A stretch of 64,000 nucleotides of DNA, from contig OZ245002.1 of NCBI GenBank assembly GCA_965223415.1, positions 448,001 to 512,000 on the forward strand, given 5' to 3'. How positions within the stretch are numbered: position 1 is the stretch's first letter; each line of letters starts with the position of its first letter. The translations under genes and the position numbers were made by a program. This DNA comes from Myxococcota bacterium. GTDB taxonomy: Bacteria; Myxococcota_A; UBA9160; UBA6930. The notes beneath the pieces were generated by a model. It was not told the DNA's origin. It saw only the letters and a program-made list of their open reading frames with translations, and did not search any database. Positions 38,035 to 48,106 of the stretch are shown piece after piece.

Positions 38035-38754
38035 ATGAAGCGACAAGCACGGACCACGCTCGTGCTCGTGGCGTCGGTGCTCGCGCTGGGCTGCGGCCCG
38101 GCAGAGGAGCCCGAAACCGCTTCCGCCCCGGCCCCCGCCGCGGCTCCCGTCGTGCCCGTGCCCGACGCGCTGCAACCCCGCGACGTCGCCGTCCTCGACG
38201 TGGCGGGCCACGGCGAGATCCGCGTCGAGCTGCTCCCGGAGCTCGCGCCGAAGAGCGTCGAGAGCTTCGTGGCCCTCGCCGAGTCCGAGCTCTACGACGG
38301 CACGCGCTTCCACCGGGTGATCCCGGGCTTCATGGTCCAGGGCGGCGACCCCAACTCCAAGGACGATGACCCGAGCGACGACGGCCAGGGCGGCCCTGGC
38401 TACACCCTCCCCGACGAGTTCAGCCAGGTCTCGATGGTGCGCGGCATCGTCGCGATGGCCCGTCCTCCCCAGCCCGACAGCGCCGGCTCCCAGTTCTTCA
38501 TCGTCCACGAGGACAGCCGCCACCTCGACGGCCAGTACACCGTGATCGGCCACGTCACCCAGGGCATCGACGTGGTCGACTCGATCACCCGCGTCTCCGT
38601 CGATACCACCGGCGAAGCCGGCCCCAAGGACCGGCCCCGCGAGGACGTCTTTCTCCGCGCCGTACGGATCGAGCGCGGTGCCGACTCCACCGACGACGAC
38701 GCGCCGGCGCCTCCGCCCGCGAACGCCCGGGAGTGGGACGAGGGCAGCGCCTAA
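38035..38754 (+). CDS. Cyclophilin-type PPIase, lipoprotein
   Basis: Lipobox LALGC; FHRVIPGFMVQGGDP, SAGSQFFI. Confidence 0.92.
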   Translation: MKRQARTTLVLVASVLALGCGPAEEPETASAPAPAAAPVVPVPDALQPRDVAVLDVAGHGEIRVELLPELAPKSVESFVALAESELYDGTRFHRVIPGFMVQGGDPNSKDDDPSDDGQGGPGYTLPDEFSQVSMVRGIVAMARPPQPDSAGSQFFIVHEDSRHLDGQYTVIGHVTQGIDVVDSITRVSVDTTGEAGPKDRPREDVFLRAVRIERGADSTDDDAPAPPPANAREWDEGSA

Positions 38755-38806
38755 GCCCGCTCCGCTGGCTCCCCGCGGGCTTTGCGGCTACGTTCCGCGA
38801 CCCCGT

Positions 38807-38882
38807 GGCCCGGTAGCTCAGTTGGTAGAGCACCGCACTGAAAATGCGGGTGTCGCCAGTTCGATTCTGGCCTGGGCCACCA
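38807..38882 (+). tRNA. tRNA-Phe(GAA)
   Basis: 76-nt cloverleaf GGCCCGG...CTGGGCCACCA, D arm AGCTCAGTTGGTAGAGC, anticodon loop CTGAAAA, TTCGA, encoded CCA. Confidence 0.97.
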
Positions 38883-39015
38883 CCGCTTCGGAACCCGACG
38901 GCTCAAGAGCGGATCGCCGCTCCCGCCGCGCACGAGCCCCGACGAAGCTCCGCCGACGAGACAGGTCTCCTCGGGCGCTAGCATCCGGCCCGGGTGGAAC
39001 GGAGGGAGATCGTCG

Positions 39016-39591
39016 ATGCAGCGGGACTACCTGGTAGCGATTGGCCTCTACGTCGCGGCGGCCGTGATCACCGGGCTGCCCTTCCTCGGCATCCTGCGCT
39101 TCGAGCTGCCGCTGTCGTACCTGACGCTCAAGCTGCTGCACATCTTCTTCGTCTTCCTCATCCTGTGCATCCTGGTCGGGCAGATGATCGCCTACAACGT
39201 GATGCAGCACGCCGGCATCACCACACAGCGCGCGCTCCACTACCTCTCGCTCCTCGATCACATCATCCCCGTGAGCCTCGTCTTCATCGGCATCCTGGGC
39301 CATTCGATGGCGGCGCAGCTCGGCCCGCTTTGGGAGACACCCTGGCTCTACGAGGCCGCGTTCCTGCTCTTCGCCTACACGTTGGGGGGCCTCTTCGTGA
39401 CCCTCAACTTCCGGCGAACGGGAATGAACCTGGACGAGGAGTCGCGCAGCTCGGCGGGCGTCTACGTCGGAAGCGGCAGCGGGGTCCTCTTCCTCCTCGT
39501 CATCACCGCGGTGATGGTCTACAAGGACGTGCCGTTCCGAACAGCGCATCACTTCGCCGACATCACGAGGTTCTTCGCCGGCGCACTCTGA
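39016..39591 (+). CDS. Integral membrane protein, about 5 TMs (possibly DUF2269-like)
   Basis: Hydrophobic ORF with SD GGAGGGAG and typical codon bias; family call is weak. Confidence 0.7.
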   Translation: MQRDYLVAIGLYVAAAVITGLPFLGILRFELPLSYLTLKLLHIFFVFLILCILVGQMIAYNVMQHAGITTQRALHYLSLLDHIIPVSLVFIGILGHSMAAQLGPLWETPWLYEAAFLLFAYTLGGLFVTLNFRRTGMNLDEESRSSAGVYVGSGSGVLFLLVITAVMVYKDVPFRTAHHFADITRFFAGAL

Positions 39592-39669
39592 GAGCCGTCG
39601 CTCGCCGGGGAGGATCGGGGGCGTAGTCGTGCTGCAGGCCACGCCCCGGGAAGCCGCCCGGCCTGCCCC

Positions 39670-40571
39670 TTACGACCGCAGCAGGAACACCATCACCCGG
39701 TGCTCCGTGCTCTGACGCGGCTCCGCGTCGGGGGGTGTGCCCGGCAGGGCGAACGCGCCGTGGAAGCACGCGTTCACCCGCGGCGCCGCGTGCTGCTTCG
39801 TCACCTCGAAGTTCGTGAACGCCAGCACCTCGTCGGTCGTCATGCCGGGGTAATAGCACCAGCGCTGGTTCGGCGCAGCGCCAGCTGGTTCGTCGGGCGA
39901 CCGGTGGGTGCGAAGTCGAGCAGGCCGAAGGGGACGCAGTCCTCGAGGCGCACGGAACGGGGCTCGCAGACGGCCAGCGGCATGTGGACGAGAGGACCGG
40001 TCGCGTAGACGGGGCGCCAGAAGTTGATGACGAGGTAGCCCTCCACCTCGTCGCGCTCGTACTGGCTCCGCCACCAGCGAACGGCCTCGGGCGGGGCGAA
40101 GGCCTCCAGGCTCTCGGCGTAATCCTCGGCGGTGAGCCCGTAGTCCTGGTGGACGCCGGCTCCGTACTCGGGGTTGGGGCTGCCGGGGCCGCGGCGCTGG
40201 AGGGGCGCCTGCACGATCTCGAGGCGACGGCCGGGAAGCAGGCGCTCGCGGACGAGGGCTTCGACCTCCGGGTGATAGACGCGGACGACGTCCTGCTCGC
40301 CGGCGGGGCGCGAGGGATCGAGGTCCCAGCTCGTGACCGCCGAGGGGTGGGAGAGGAGGACGAAGCCGTGCTCCCCGAAGAAGGCGGCCTCGGACCGGCC
40401 GGCTTCCCGTTGCAATGCGCGGGCGTCGTGGATCCGGGTGGGCCCGGCGCCGGGCGTGGCGGGCGTGACCGCGCCGACGTCCTCGAGGCGGGCGAGCACG
40501 CGCTCGCTCGCCTCGAAATCCGGCGGGAAGAAGCCTTGGAGATCGGCTTCGATGAAGGGGGCTGTGGTCAC
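39670..40571 (-). pseudogene. CmcJ/NvfI-like oxidoreductase, frameshifted near 39875
   Basis: VHQDY, INFWRP and PLAVC in 39840..40571; RWCYYPGMTTDEVLAF, FHGAF and PRQSTEHR in another frame ending at 39670. Confidence 0.72.
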
Positions 40572-40699
40572 GAGGAGCTCCGGCTCGCTCGCCCGAGGAT
40601 AGGGCCGCTGCCGCGAAGCTTCATCGTTCGGCCGGGGCCCCTTCCGGCGCCGGCCGCAGTAGCATCCTCGAGTGACTGGGGGGACTCGGAGATGAGCGC

Positions 40700-41116
40700 A
40701 TGAAATGGGTGGTTCGGCTGATCGGCCTCCTCTTGGCCCTCCCGGTGCTGCTGGTCCTCCTGATCTACGGGGCCTCGGAGCTGGGCGGCGAGGTCGTCAC
40801 CCTCGATCGGGCCCAGGCCGACGGCAGCGTCAGCCCCGTGCGCATCTGGATCGCCGACCAGGACGGCCGCTCCTGGGTCGAGCACGGGGAGCCGGACGCG
40901 TTCTGGATCACCCGGTTGGCGGAGTCGCCGGAGCTCTCCCTGACCCGGAAGGGACACACGGACCGCTACCGCGGGGTGCCCGACCGGGGCGCCCACGAGC
41001 TCTACCACCGACTGCGGCGCGAGAAGTACGGCCTGGCGGATCGGTTCCTCGCGCTCCTGCTCGGGAGCGCGGACGCGTGCCCGGGCGTACCGGTCCGGCT
41101 GGAGCCGACCGGCTGA
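40700..41116 (+). CDS. Hypothetical membrane-anchored protein
   Basis: 138-aa ORF with N-terminal TM, SD GGAG and typical codon bias. Confidence 0.65.
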   Translation: MKWVVRLIGLLLALPVLLVLLIYGASELGGEVVTLDRAQADGSVSPVRIWIADQDGRSWVEHGEPDAFWITRLAESPELSLTRKGHTDRYRGVPDRGAHELYHRLRREKYGLADRFLALLLGSADACPGVPVRLEPTG

Positions 41117-41129
41117 GTGCCGGGGGCTA

Positions 41130-42341
41130 GTGTCCTGTTTCGGAAAAAAATACGCAAAATAGTGCGAACTCCCAACGTGCAGGGGGCATCTTACCGGCAT
41201 CACGTTGGGGGGACGTATGGCGAATCGTGGCCGGCCCAAGACGCCGATTGTGCTGACGGATGCGGAGCGAGAAGAGCTCCAGACGCACGCCAGAAGGCGG
41301 AAGAGCGCGCATCAGTTGGCCTACCGCTCGCGCATTGTATTGCTCGCAGAGCAGGGGCTGACGAATGGGGAAATCGCGGAACGCGTAGGCAAGCGACGAG
41401 AGACCGTCGGGATCTGGCGCAAGCGCTTCGTCGAAAAGCGGATCGCTGGGCTCTACGACGAGCCCAAGCCGGGAGCGCCCCGGACGGTGACCGACGAGCA
41501 GGTCGATGAGGTCGTGCGCTTGACGCTAGAGGAAACGCCCACGGGAGCGACGCACTGGTCCGTTCGCCTGATGGCGAAGCGGGTAGGCCTCCCGACGACG
41601 ACGGTTCATCGCATCTGGCGAGCATTCAGCCTCCAGCCGCACCGAGTCGAGCGCTTCCGGCTCTCCAACGATCCCCATTTTGTGGACAAGGTGGTGGATA
41701 TCGTCGGCCTGTACATGTCTCCGCCGGCGAACGCGGTCGTCCTCTGCGTCGACGAGAAATCGCAGATCCAAGCGCTGGAACGGAACCAGCCTGTCTTGCC
41801 GATGCAACCGGGCCGGGCGGAGCAGCGCACACACGGATACCTACGCCATGGCACGACGACACTCTTTGCCGCACTCAACATCGCAACGGGCGAAGTGATC
41901 GGATCCCTCCATCGCCGGCACCGCACGGAGGAGTTCCTGAAGTTCCTCAGGACGATCGACGACAACGTACCCGCCGAACTCGACATCCATCTCGTGCTCG
42001 ACAACTACACCACGCACAAGACGAAGCGAACTCGGAGCTGGCTCGCGCGCCACCCTCGTTTCCACGTGCACTTCACCCCGACGTACAGCTCATGGCTGAA
42101 TCAGGTCGAGCGGTTCTTTGCACTCATCACCGAGCGTTGCATCCGTCGCGGCGTGCATCGCAGCACGAGGGCGCTCGAGAACGACATCCGGAGCTTCCTG
42201 AAGACGACGAACGACGATCCGAGACCCTTCGTCTGGACCAAGACCGCGGATCAGATCCTCGCGAGTGTGCGGCGCTACTGTGGTCGCGTCCTCGACGTCC
42301 ACTCCGATTCTAATCGAGTGGTTTCTTCTGGAACAGGACAC
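41130..42341 (+). mobile_element. IS630-family insertion sequence
   Basis: Terminal inverted repeats GTGTCCTGTTTCGGAA / TTCTGGAACAGGACAC (14/16); TA duplication at 41128-29 and 42342-43 in a CTAG context; lower GC. Confidence 0.95.
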
Positions 42342-42344
42342 TAG
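41217..42344 (+). CDS. IS630 transposase
   Basis: HTH region, [29 protein letters not shown] (DDE); stop formed by the right end plus TA. Confidence 0.95.
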   Translation: MANRGRPKTPIVLTDAEREELQTHARRRKSAHQLAYRSRIVLLAEQGLTNGEIAERVGKRRETVGIWRKRFVEKRIAGLYDEPKPGAPRTVTDEQVDEVVRLTLEETPTGATHWSVRLMAKRVGLPTTTVHRIWRAFSLQPHRVERFRLSNDPHFVDKVVDIVGLYMSPPANAVVLCVDEKSQIQALERNQPVLPMQPGRAEQRTHGYLRHGTTTLFAALNIATGEVIGSLHRRHRTEEFLKFLRTIDDNVPAELDIHLVLDNYTTHKTKRTRSWLARHPRFHVHFTPTYSSWLNQVERFFALITERCIRRGVHRSTRALENDIRSFLKTTNDDPRPFVWTKTADQILASVRRYCGRVLDVHSDSNRVVSSGTGH

Positions 42345-42353
42345 CCTCCGGCC

Positions 42354-43077
42354 GTGACTTCCAACAGCGGTTCGCACACGGCGGCCGAGCGCTCGGGCGG
42401 CATCCGCCTGCGCGGTCTCGAGATGACGCGGGTCGAGACGTTCACGGACGCGGCGTTCGCCTTCGCCGTGACCCTGCTCGTCATCTCCATCGACCGGGTC
42501 CCCACCCACCTGGACGAGCTGGAGCTGGCGCTGCGCGACATCCCGGCCTTCGGCGTCTCCTTCGGCCTGCTCGGTCTCTTCTGGTGGGGCCACCACACCT
42601 GGAGCCGGCGCTTCGGCCTGGTGGACGGCCCCAGCATCGCCCTCAGCCTGCTGCTCGTCTTCCTCGTGCTCTGCTACGTCTACCCGCTGCGCTTCCTGTT
42701 CGGCGCCTTCATGAACTGGATGACCGGCGGCTGGGCCTCCCCGGCCACCGCCATCGGCGACGAGCCCGGCGAGCTCGAGCGCGTCTTCGTCCTCTACGGG
42801 CTCGGCTACATGGCGATGAGCGCCTGCATCGGCGCCCTGAACCTGCACGTCTGGCGGCTGCGCGCGGTCCTCGAGCTCGATTCCGAGAGAGGAACGGGGC
42901 GTGCTGCGCGAGGTGCGCGCCTGGGGCCTGAACGCGGGCGTCGCCCTGCTCTCGATCGGCCTGGCGGCCTTCGGCCCGGGCAACGACTTCGGGCTCGCGG
43001 GCTGGGTCTACCTGCTGCTGCCGATCCTGCTCCCCTGGGACGCCTGGCGCTCGCACCACCTCCCGGAGGAGAGCTAG
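42354..43077 (+). pseudogene. TMEM175/DUF1211-family channel, frameshifted at the GAGAGAG tract (about 42885-42891)
   Basis: RVETFTDAAFAFAVTLLV and FWWGHH signatures; the last two TMs (VRAWGLNAGVALL...WVYLLLPILL) lie in another frame ending at TAG 43077. Confidence 0.75.
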
Positions 43078-43115
43078 CGACTCCGATGGCCGTCTCCTCA
43101 CCCCGTCGCGTCCAG

Positions 43116-44177
43116 CTAGCGGAGCTCCCGGGGCCCGCCCTCGGCGTGCAGGTAGATGCGGTCGCCGCCGGCGCGCTTCGCGGCGTACATGGCGGCATCG
43201 GCCTCGCGGAGGAGATCGTCGCCGCTGGCCGCGGCGGCCGGGCCGCCGAACCGGGTGACTCCGATGCTGCCGGTGGTCGCGATGGTCTGGCCCGCCGCCG
43301 TGAAGGGCCGGCGCAGGACCTTTTGGAGCTTGCGGGCGACCACCTCGCTGCCCTTCGGGTCCCCGAGCTCCGCGAGCAGCAGCACGAACTCGTCGCCACC
43401 GATCCGCGCGGCCGTGTCCACGCTGCGGGTGACCGAGGCGATGCGCTCGGCGGTCACGCGAATCAGCTCGTCCCCGGCGGCATGGCCGAGCCGGTCGTTC
43501 ACGGGCTTGAGGCCGTCGAGATCCAGATAGAGCACGGCGCCGGTCCGCTCGTAGCGCCGTGCGCGTTCGAGAGCGTCGCCGAGCGCGCGGATCAGCGCAC
43601 TGCGGTTGGCCAGGCCGGTGAGCGAATCGGTGGTCGCGCGGCGCTCGAGCTCGGCGGCCTGGCGGTCCTGGGCACGGCGGAAGCTGACGGCGAAGCCGAG
43701 GATGGTCACCAGGGTCACCGCACGCACGGCGAAGGTGAGGCCGACGCTCACCTCGCGGGTGATCGCCGGCGGGTCGAAGGCCGAGGCGGCCACGAGCCCG
43801 AGGGCGGGAAAGCTCCAGAAGAGCGCCGCCCGCGCCCCCAGGATCTGGGCCGAGGCCAGCAGGACGAAGGAGCCGACGTAGACGGTGATCACGGGAGCCA
43901 GCCCCAGGCCGAACACCGCGTAGCCCGCGGCGACGAGGCTCAGGCCGTACACCGAGTGGGCGGCCCAGCGGAACGCCCCGGGATGGGAAACGGCGGCGAG
44001 GGTCACGGCCAGGGCGACGACCACTGCCAGGCCGAGGACCGCCAGGCTGGGGAGCCCGAGCCAGAGGGGAATGCCGACCGCGAGCCCGCCGACCACTCCG
44101 ATGGCCACCCGTAGCGGCACGCGGGCGCGGCGGATCATGACGGCGGCGCGCCGGGCTCCGGACTCCGAGAGATCCAT
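43116..44177 (-). CDS. Membrane-bound diguanylate cyclase
   Basis: Several TMs, TDSLTGLANR, DLDGLKPVNDRLGH, RIGGDEF. Confidence 0.93.
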   Translation of the reverse strand: MDLSESGARRAAVMIRRARVPLRVAIGVVGGLAVGIPLWLGLPSLAVLGLAVVVALAVTLAAVSHPGAFRWAAHSVYGLSLVAAGYAVFGLGLAPVITVYVGSFVLLASAQILGARAALFWSFPALGLVAASAFDPPAITREVSVGLTFAVRAVTLVTILGFAVSFRRAQDRQAAELERRATTDSLTGLANRSALIRALGDALERARRYERTGAVLYLDLDGLKPVNDRLGHAAGDELIRVTAERIASVTRSVDTAARIGGDEFVLLLAELGDPKGSEVVARKLQKVLRRPFTAAGQTIATTGSIGVTRFGGPAAAASGDDLLREADAAMYAAKRAGGDRIYLHAEGGPRELR

Positions 44178-44222
44178 GCGCTCGCATCGTCCGTCCGTGC
44201 CCGGGGGCTGAGGGCAGGCGAC

Positions 44223-44876
44223 TCAGCGCCGGCAGGCCGCCCGCGCCCGGCCGTAGCGCTCGGCCACGCGCTCGACGCAGCCGAGCTGGGCTGCGTCGCC
44301 CGGCTCTCCATCGCACGCGCCGAAGGCCTCCGCCCAGGCCGCGTCGACCTCGCCGCGGCAGGCCACGTAGTCCTCGGCCCCGGCCACGGCGCGCAGGAGG
44401 GTGCGCCACGGCACGTAGAGCCCCCCGCCGTCCGCCAGCTCGAGGGTGGTCATGCCGGGCGCGCCGGCTGCGATGCTGCCCGCTGCGAACCAGCCCTCGC
44501 CCCCGAGCTGCAGGGACACGGGCAGGCTGTAGGCCATCGCGTCGATCACGCAGAGGTCTTCCACCGAGCCGTCGCATTCCCGCGCGAGCACGAAGGCCTC
44601 GCGCGCGTCGATCGGCATCCACGAGAGCAAGCGGACCTTGCCCGCGTCGCCGCGAACCCGGTCGACGACCCAGGCGTCGTAGTCGTGCAACGGGCCGCTC
44701 CAGCTCGGAGGCACGTCCTCGGGGAGGCCCGGTGCTTCCTGGAGCACGACGCGGGCGACGAAGCTCGCGGACACGACCAGGTCTTCGAACTCCAGCGGCG
44801 GGCAGGAACGGGCCGGTGATGCCAGAGGAAGGAGGAGTAGGAGCAGCGAGAGCGCGCGGAGGAGGAAGGGCATCAT
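44223..44876 (-). CDS. Hypothetical secreted Cys-containing protein
   Basis: Signal peptide and typical codon bias. Confidence 0.6.
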   Translation of the reverse strand: MMPFLLRALSLLLLLLPLASPARSCPPLEFEDLVVSASFVARVVLQEAPGLPEDVPPSWSGPLHDYDAWVVDRVRGDAGKVRLLSWMPIDAREAFVLARECDGSVEDLCVIDAMAYSLPVSLQLGGEGWFAAGSIAAGAPGMTTLELADGGGLYVPWRTLLRAVAGAEDYVACRGEVDAAWAEAFGACDGEPGDAAQLGCVERVAERYGRARAACRR

Positions 44877-44915
44877 CCATGCGACACCGGCGGAGTCCGC
44901 CGGTTCCCGATCGGC

Positions 44916-46562
44916 CTAACAGCCCCGGACGGCCTCGATGGCCTGGCGCGCCACCCGGGCCCCCTCCTCCTGGAGGCGCCCCAGGTGATCGCTGCCCTCG
45001 AAGCTCTCGGCGTAGAGCTTGATGGTGGCCTCGGTGCCCGAGGGGCGGATCGCGAACCAGCCGCTCCCGGTCTCGACCTTGACGCCGCCGATCGGTGCGT
45101 CGTTCCCGGGCGCCCGGGAGAGGACGCGCTCGACGGCGGCGCCCGCCACCGCCGCGGCCTCGACGTGGCGCGGCTCCATCCGTTCGAGCGCGAGGGCGTC
45201 CTCCGGCGTCGCCGGCCGATCGATGCGACCGGAGACGTGGGGCCCGTAGGCCTCGTCCAGGGCCGCGTCGCACTCGGCCAGGTTGCGCCCGGTGGTGGCG
45301 AGGATCTCCGCGGCCAGCAGGCACGGAGCGATGCCGTCCTTGTCGGTGGTCCAGGAACGGCCGTCGCGGCACAGCAGGGCCGCGCCGGCGCTCTCCTCGG
45401 CGGCGAAGCCCAGCCGCTCGGAGCCGAGACCGTCCACGAACCACTTGAAGCCGGTCGGGGTCTCGACGAGATCCCGCCCGTGGGCCGCGGCGATGCGATC
45501 CAGCAGATGGGTCGTGACGACCGTCTTGCCGAGGGCGGGCACCCGCTCCCGCGGCCAGCCGCGTCGCGCGAACAGGTGCTCCGCCGCCACCGCCAGGAAG
45601 CGGTTGGGCTGCATCAGCGCGCCGCCGGGCGCCGCGACGCCGTGGCGATCCGCGTCGGTGTCGGTGGCCACGGCCAGGTCGGCGCCGGCGGCCAGGGCCG
45701 CGAGCCCGCTCATGGCGTGAGGCGAAGAGCAGTCCATGCGAATCCGCCCGTCCCAATCGAGCCGCACGAAGCGGAAGGTGGGGTCGGGCTCTGCGTTGTG
45801 GATCGAGAGGTCCAGGCGGTGGCGCTCGGCGATGCGCGGCCACACGGCGAGGGCCGCACTGCCGACGGCGTCGACGGCGATCCGCAGGCCGGCGGCGGAG
45901 ACCGCCGCCAGGTCGATCACCCGGTCGAGCTCGGACACGTAGGCGCCGGCGAGGTCTGCCTCGGTCGGCGCCGGCATGGCGCTTCGCCGGACGTCGCGCA
46001 GCCCCGCCCGGAGGATCGCGTTCGCCCGCTCCTCGATCCAGGACGTCACCTCAGGGCCCGCCGGGCCGCCGTGGGGCGGGTTGTACTTGATGCCACCGTC
46101 CTCGGGCGGGTTGTGGGACGGGGTCAGGACGATACCGTCGCTCGGGCGCGCGCCGTCGCTGCCGCGATTCGCGGCGAGGATCGCGTGGGAGAGCACTGGC
46201 GTGGGCAGGTGCTCGCCGCGGGCCTGCACGACGACGTCGACCCCGTTCGCCGCCAGCACCTCGAGCGCCGCGTCGTAGGCGAGCTCCGAGAGCCGGTGCG
46301 TGTCCCGGCCCAGGAAGAGCCGGCCCCCGACGCGGTGGGCCCGGCGGTAGTCCGCCACGGCCTGCACGATCGCCAGCACGTGGGCCTCGGTGAAGGTGCC
46401 GCCCTGCGCGGTCCCCCGATGGCCTGAGGTGCCGAAGCGCACGGGCGGGAGGTCCGTGACCTCGGCAGGCGACGCTTGATAGGCGGCGTCCAGCGCCGGC
46501 AGGTCGACGAGGTCCTGCCCGCGCGGAAGCTCACCGGCCCGCTCGTGAACCTGCTGTCCCAT
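44916..46562 (-). CDS. pgm: Phosphoglucomutase
   Basis: FGTSGHRG, TPSHNPP, DTDADRH, GFKWFV, RPSGTE. Confidence 0.93.
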   Translation of the reverse strand: MGQQVHERAGELPRGQDLVDLPALDAAYQASPAEVTDLPPVRFGTSGHRGTAQGGTFTEAHVLAIVQAVADYRRAHRVGGRLFLGRDTHRLSELAYDAALEVLAANGVDVVVQARGEHLPTPVLSHAILAANRGSDGARPSDGIVLTPSHNPPEDGGIKYNPPHGGPAGPEVTSWIEERANAILRAGLRDVRRSAMPAPTEADLAGAYVSELDRVIDLAAVSAAGLRIAVDAVGSAALAVWPRIAERHRLDLSIHNAEPDPTFRFVRLDWDGRIRMDCSSPHAMSGLAALAAGADLAVATDTDADRHGVAAPGGALMQPNRFLAVAAEHLFARRGWPRERVPALGKTVVTTHLLDRIAAAHGRDLVETPTGFKWFVDGLGSERLGFAAEESAGAALLCRDGRSWTTDKDGIAPCLLAAEILATTGRNLAECDAALDEAYGPHVSGRIDRPATPEDALALERMEPRHVEAAAVAGAAVERVLSRAPGNDAPIGGVKVETGSGWFAIRPSGTEATIKLYAESFEGSDHLGRLQEEGARVARQAIEAVRGC

Positions 46563-46577
46563 CCGGTCGAGGGCGGC

Positions 46578-47093
46578 CTACTCGGCGGCCGCCTCGCCCG
46601 CCGCCGGCTCGAGCCCGAGCTGGACGCGGAGCGCCTCCACCGTCGCCAGGTGGTGCACGGCTCGCAGGGTGAGCCGATCCAGCTCGAGGATCGTCGCCTG
46701 TCCCTCCGCGTCGGGAAGGCGGGCGGTGGCGCTGCCGTCGCGATCGAGGAGCACCGGGTAGGGGCGGTCGCGCATGCGCGGGATCGCGATGAAACGCGCC
46801 ACCAGGCCGGGCATGCGGTGGATGTCGGCCACGTAGGCGGCGCCCAGGGCCGCGAGGCTCTCGGCGGTCTGGTCGCCCACGGCCTCTCGCAGCACGTCGC
46901 CCCCGTCCATGTCGCGGCTGAACAGCACGAGCTTCACGCTCTCGTCGACGGCGTGACGTTCCCCGTGCTGGTCGTCCAGCTCGAGCGGCGGGATGCGCTC
47001 GCCCACCGCGTAGGCGGCCTCCTCAGCGGCGGCGGGCAGCGCGCCGAGCAGGAGGGCCCCGGCGGTCAGGATCGCGAGAGTCGTTGCACCCAT
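46578..47093 (-). CDS. Exported protein, thioredoxin-like fold without CxxC (tentative)
   Basis: Signal peptide, LELDDQHGE, YVADIHRMP, YPVLLDRDG. Confidence 0.6.
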   Translation of the reverse strand: MGATTLAILTAGALLLGALPAAAEEAAYAVGERIPPLELDDQHGERHAVDESVKLVLFSRDMDGGDVLREAVGDQTAESLAALGAAYVADIHRMPGLVARFIAIPRMRDRPYPVLLDRDGSATARLPDAEGQATILELDRLTLRAVHHLATVEALRVQLGLEPAAGEAAAE

Positions 47094-47118
47094 GGCCGCG
47101 AAGGTAGAGCATCCCGGC

Positions 47119-47358
47119 ATGGACGAACGCCCCGCGCCGGTCGTGATCCCTCCCGAGGAGCTGGAGGCCGAGACCCTGCGCGGCCTGGTCGAGGCCTTCG
47201 TCGGCCGCGAGGGCACCGACTACGGCGCGACCGAGCGCAGCCTCGAGGAGAAGGTGGAAGACGTGATGCGCCAGCTGCGTCGCGGCGACGCATGCATCGT
47301 CTTCGACCCGGAGACCGAATCGATCAACGTCGTGACCGAGCGCGAACGCCCTCGCTGA
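47119..47358 (+). CDS. yheU: YheU/UPF0270 family protein
   Basis: IPPEELEAETLRGLVEAFVGREGTDYG. Confidence 0.85.
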   Translation: MDERPAPVVIPPEELEAETLRGLVEAFVGREGTDYGATERSLEEKVEDVMRQLRRGDACIVFDPETESINVVTERERPR

Positions 47359-47359
47359 A

Positions 47360-48004
47360 TCAGGCGGTGCGCAGGTCCGCCGGCTGGGCGGGCTCCTCTT
47401 CCGGTGCGGGAGCGGCCTCCTCGGCCTCCGGCGACGTGCCGGCCTCTTCCGGGGGTGCGGCGACCTCTTCCGCGGGTGCGGCAGCCTCTTCCGCGGGTGC
47501 GGCGGCCTCTTCCGCGGGTGCGGCGGCCTCTTCCGCGGGTGCGACCTCCGGCGCGGCCAGGAGGTCTTCGTCGGTCTCGAGGGGCTCGCCCTCCGGGGCG
47601 CTCGCCAGGGACTCCTCGGTGACCGGCGGCGGCGCCAGCTCCTCGGGCAGCGCGTCGAGGCCCAGGCCGCCCTCGAGCTTCTCCAGGCTGTCCGGACACA
47701 GCTGGCCGGCGCCGGCTGCCAGGTGGTCGTAGACGGCCCGGTACTGGAGCGTCAGGTCGTGGAGCTTGCGGGAGGTCTCGGCGAAGTGGTCCGCGACATG
47801 GCCGCGGTACTCACCGTAGGCGTTCTCGGCGCTCTCGCGCTCCTGGCGGGCGTCCTCGAGGGCGCCCTGGAGCTCGTTCACCTGGGCGACGTTGTCGCTG
47901 GTCCGGCGCCCGACCCAGAAGGCGAGCAGCAGGCCGCCCAGAAAGATCGGCAGCGCCACCTCGGGCTGCAGCAGCACGGTCAGCCATTCCTGCGTCTCGG
48001 GCAT
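47360..48004 (-). CDS. YhcB/ZapG (DUF1043)-like protein with acidic repeat tail
   Basis: N-terminal TM, coiled coil, VADHFAETSRKLHDLTLQYRAVYDHLAAGA. Confidence 0.8.
   Translation of the reverse strand: MPETQEWLTVLLQPEVALPIFLGGLLLAFWVGRRTSDNVAQVNELQGALEDARQERESAENAYGEYRGHVADHFAETSRKLHDLTLQYRAVYDHLAAGAGQLCPDSLEKLEGGLGLDALPEELAPPPVTEESLASAPEGEPLETDEDLLAAPEVAPAEEAAAPAEEAAAPAEEAAAPAEEVAAPPEEAGTSPEAEEAAPAPEEEPAQPADLRTA
47443..47547. repeat. 21-bp coding tandem repeat, 5 copies (APAEEAA)
   Basis: CCTCTTCCGCGGGTGCGGCGG-like units at 47443, 47464, 47485, 47506 and 47527. Confidence 0.88.
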
Positions 48005-48106
48005 CGACTTCCCTCTCCCTGCGCCGTCGGCCGGTGGGGCGGCGGCGGGCTCCTGACGTTAGCACGGCCGCAGCTCACCGACGGAGACGCGCGCGGGTCG
48101 AGACGA

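Noticed and set aside
42354..44114. 586-aa TMEM175 fusion protein
   Set aside because: Read-through after a frameshift; the C-terminal part is the antisense of the GGDEF gene
38883..44900. Integrated island or prophage at tRNA-Phe
   Set aside because: No integrase, phage genes or duplicated tRNA 3' end seen; only an IS and decayed genes
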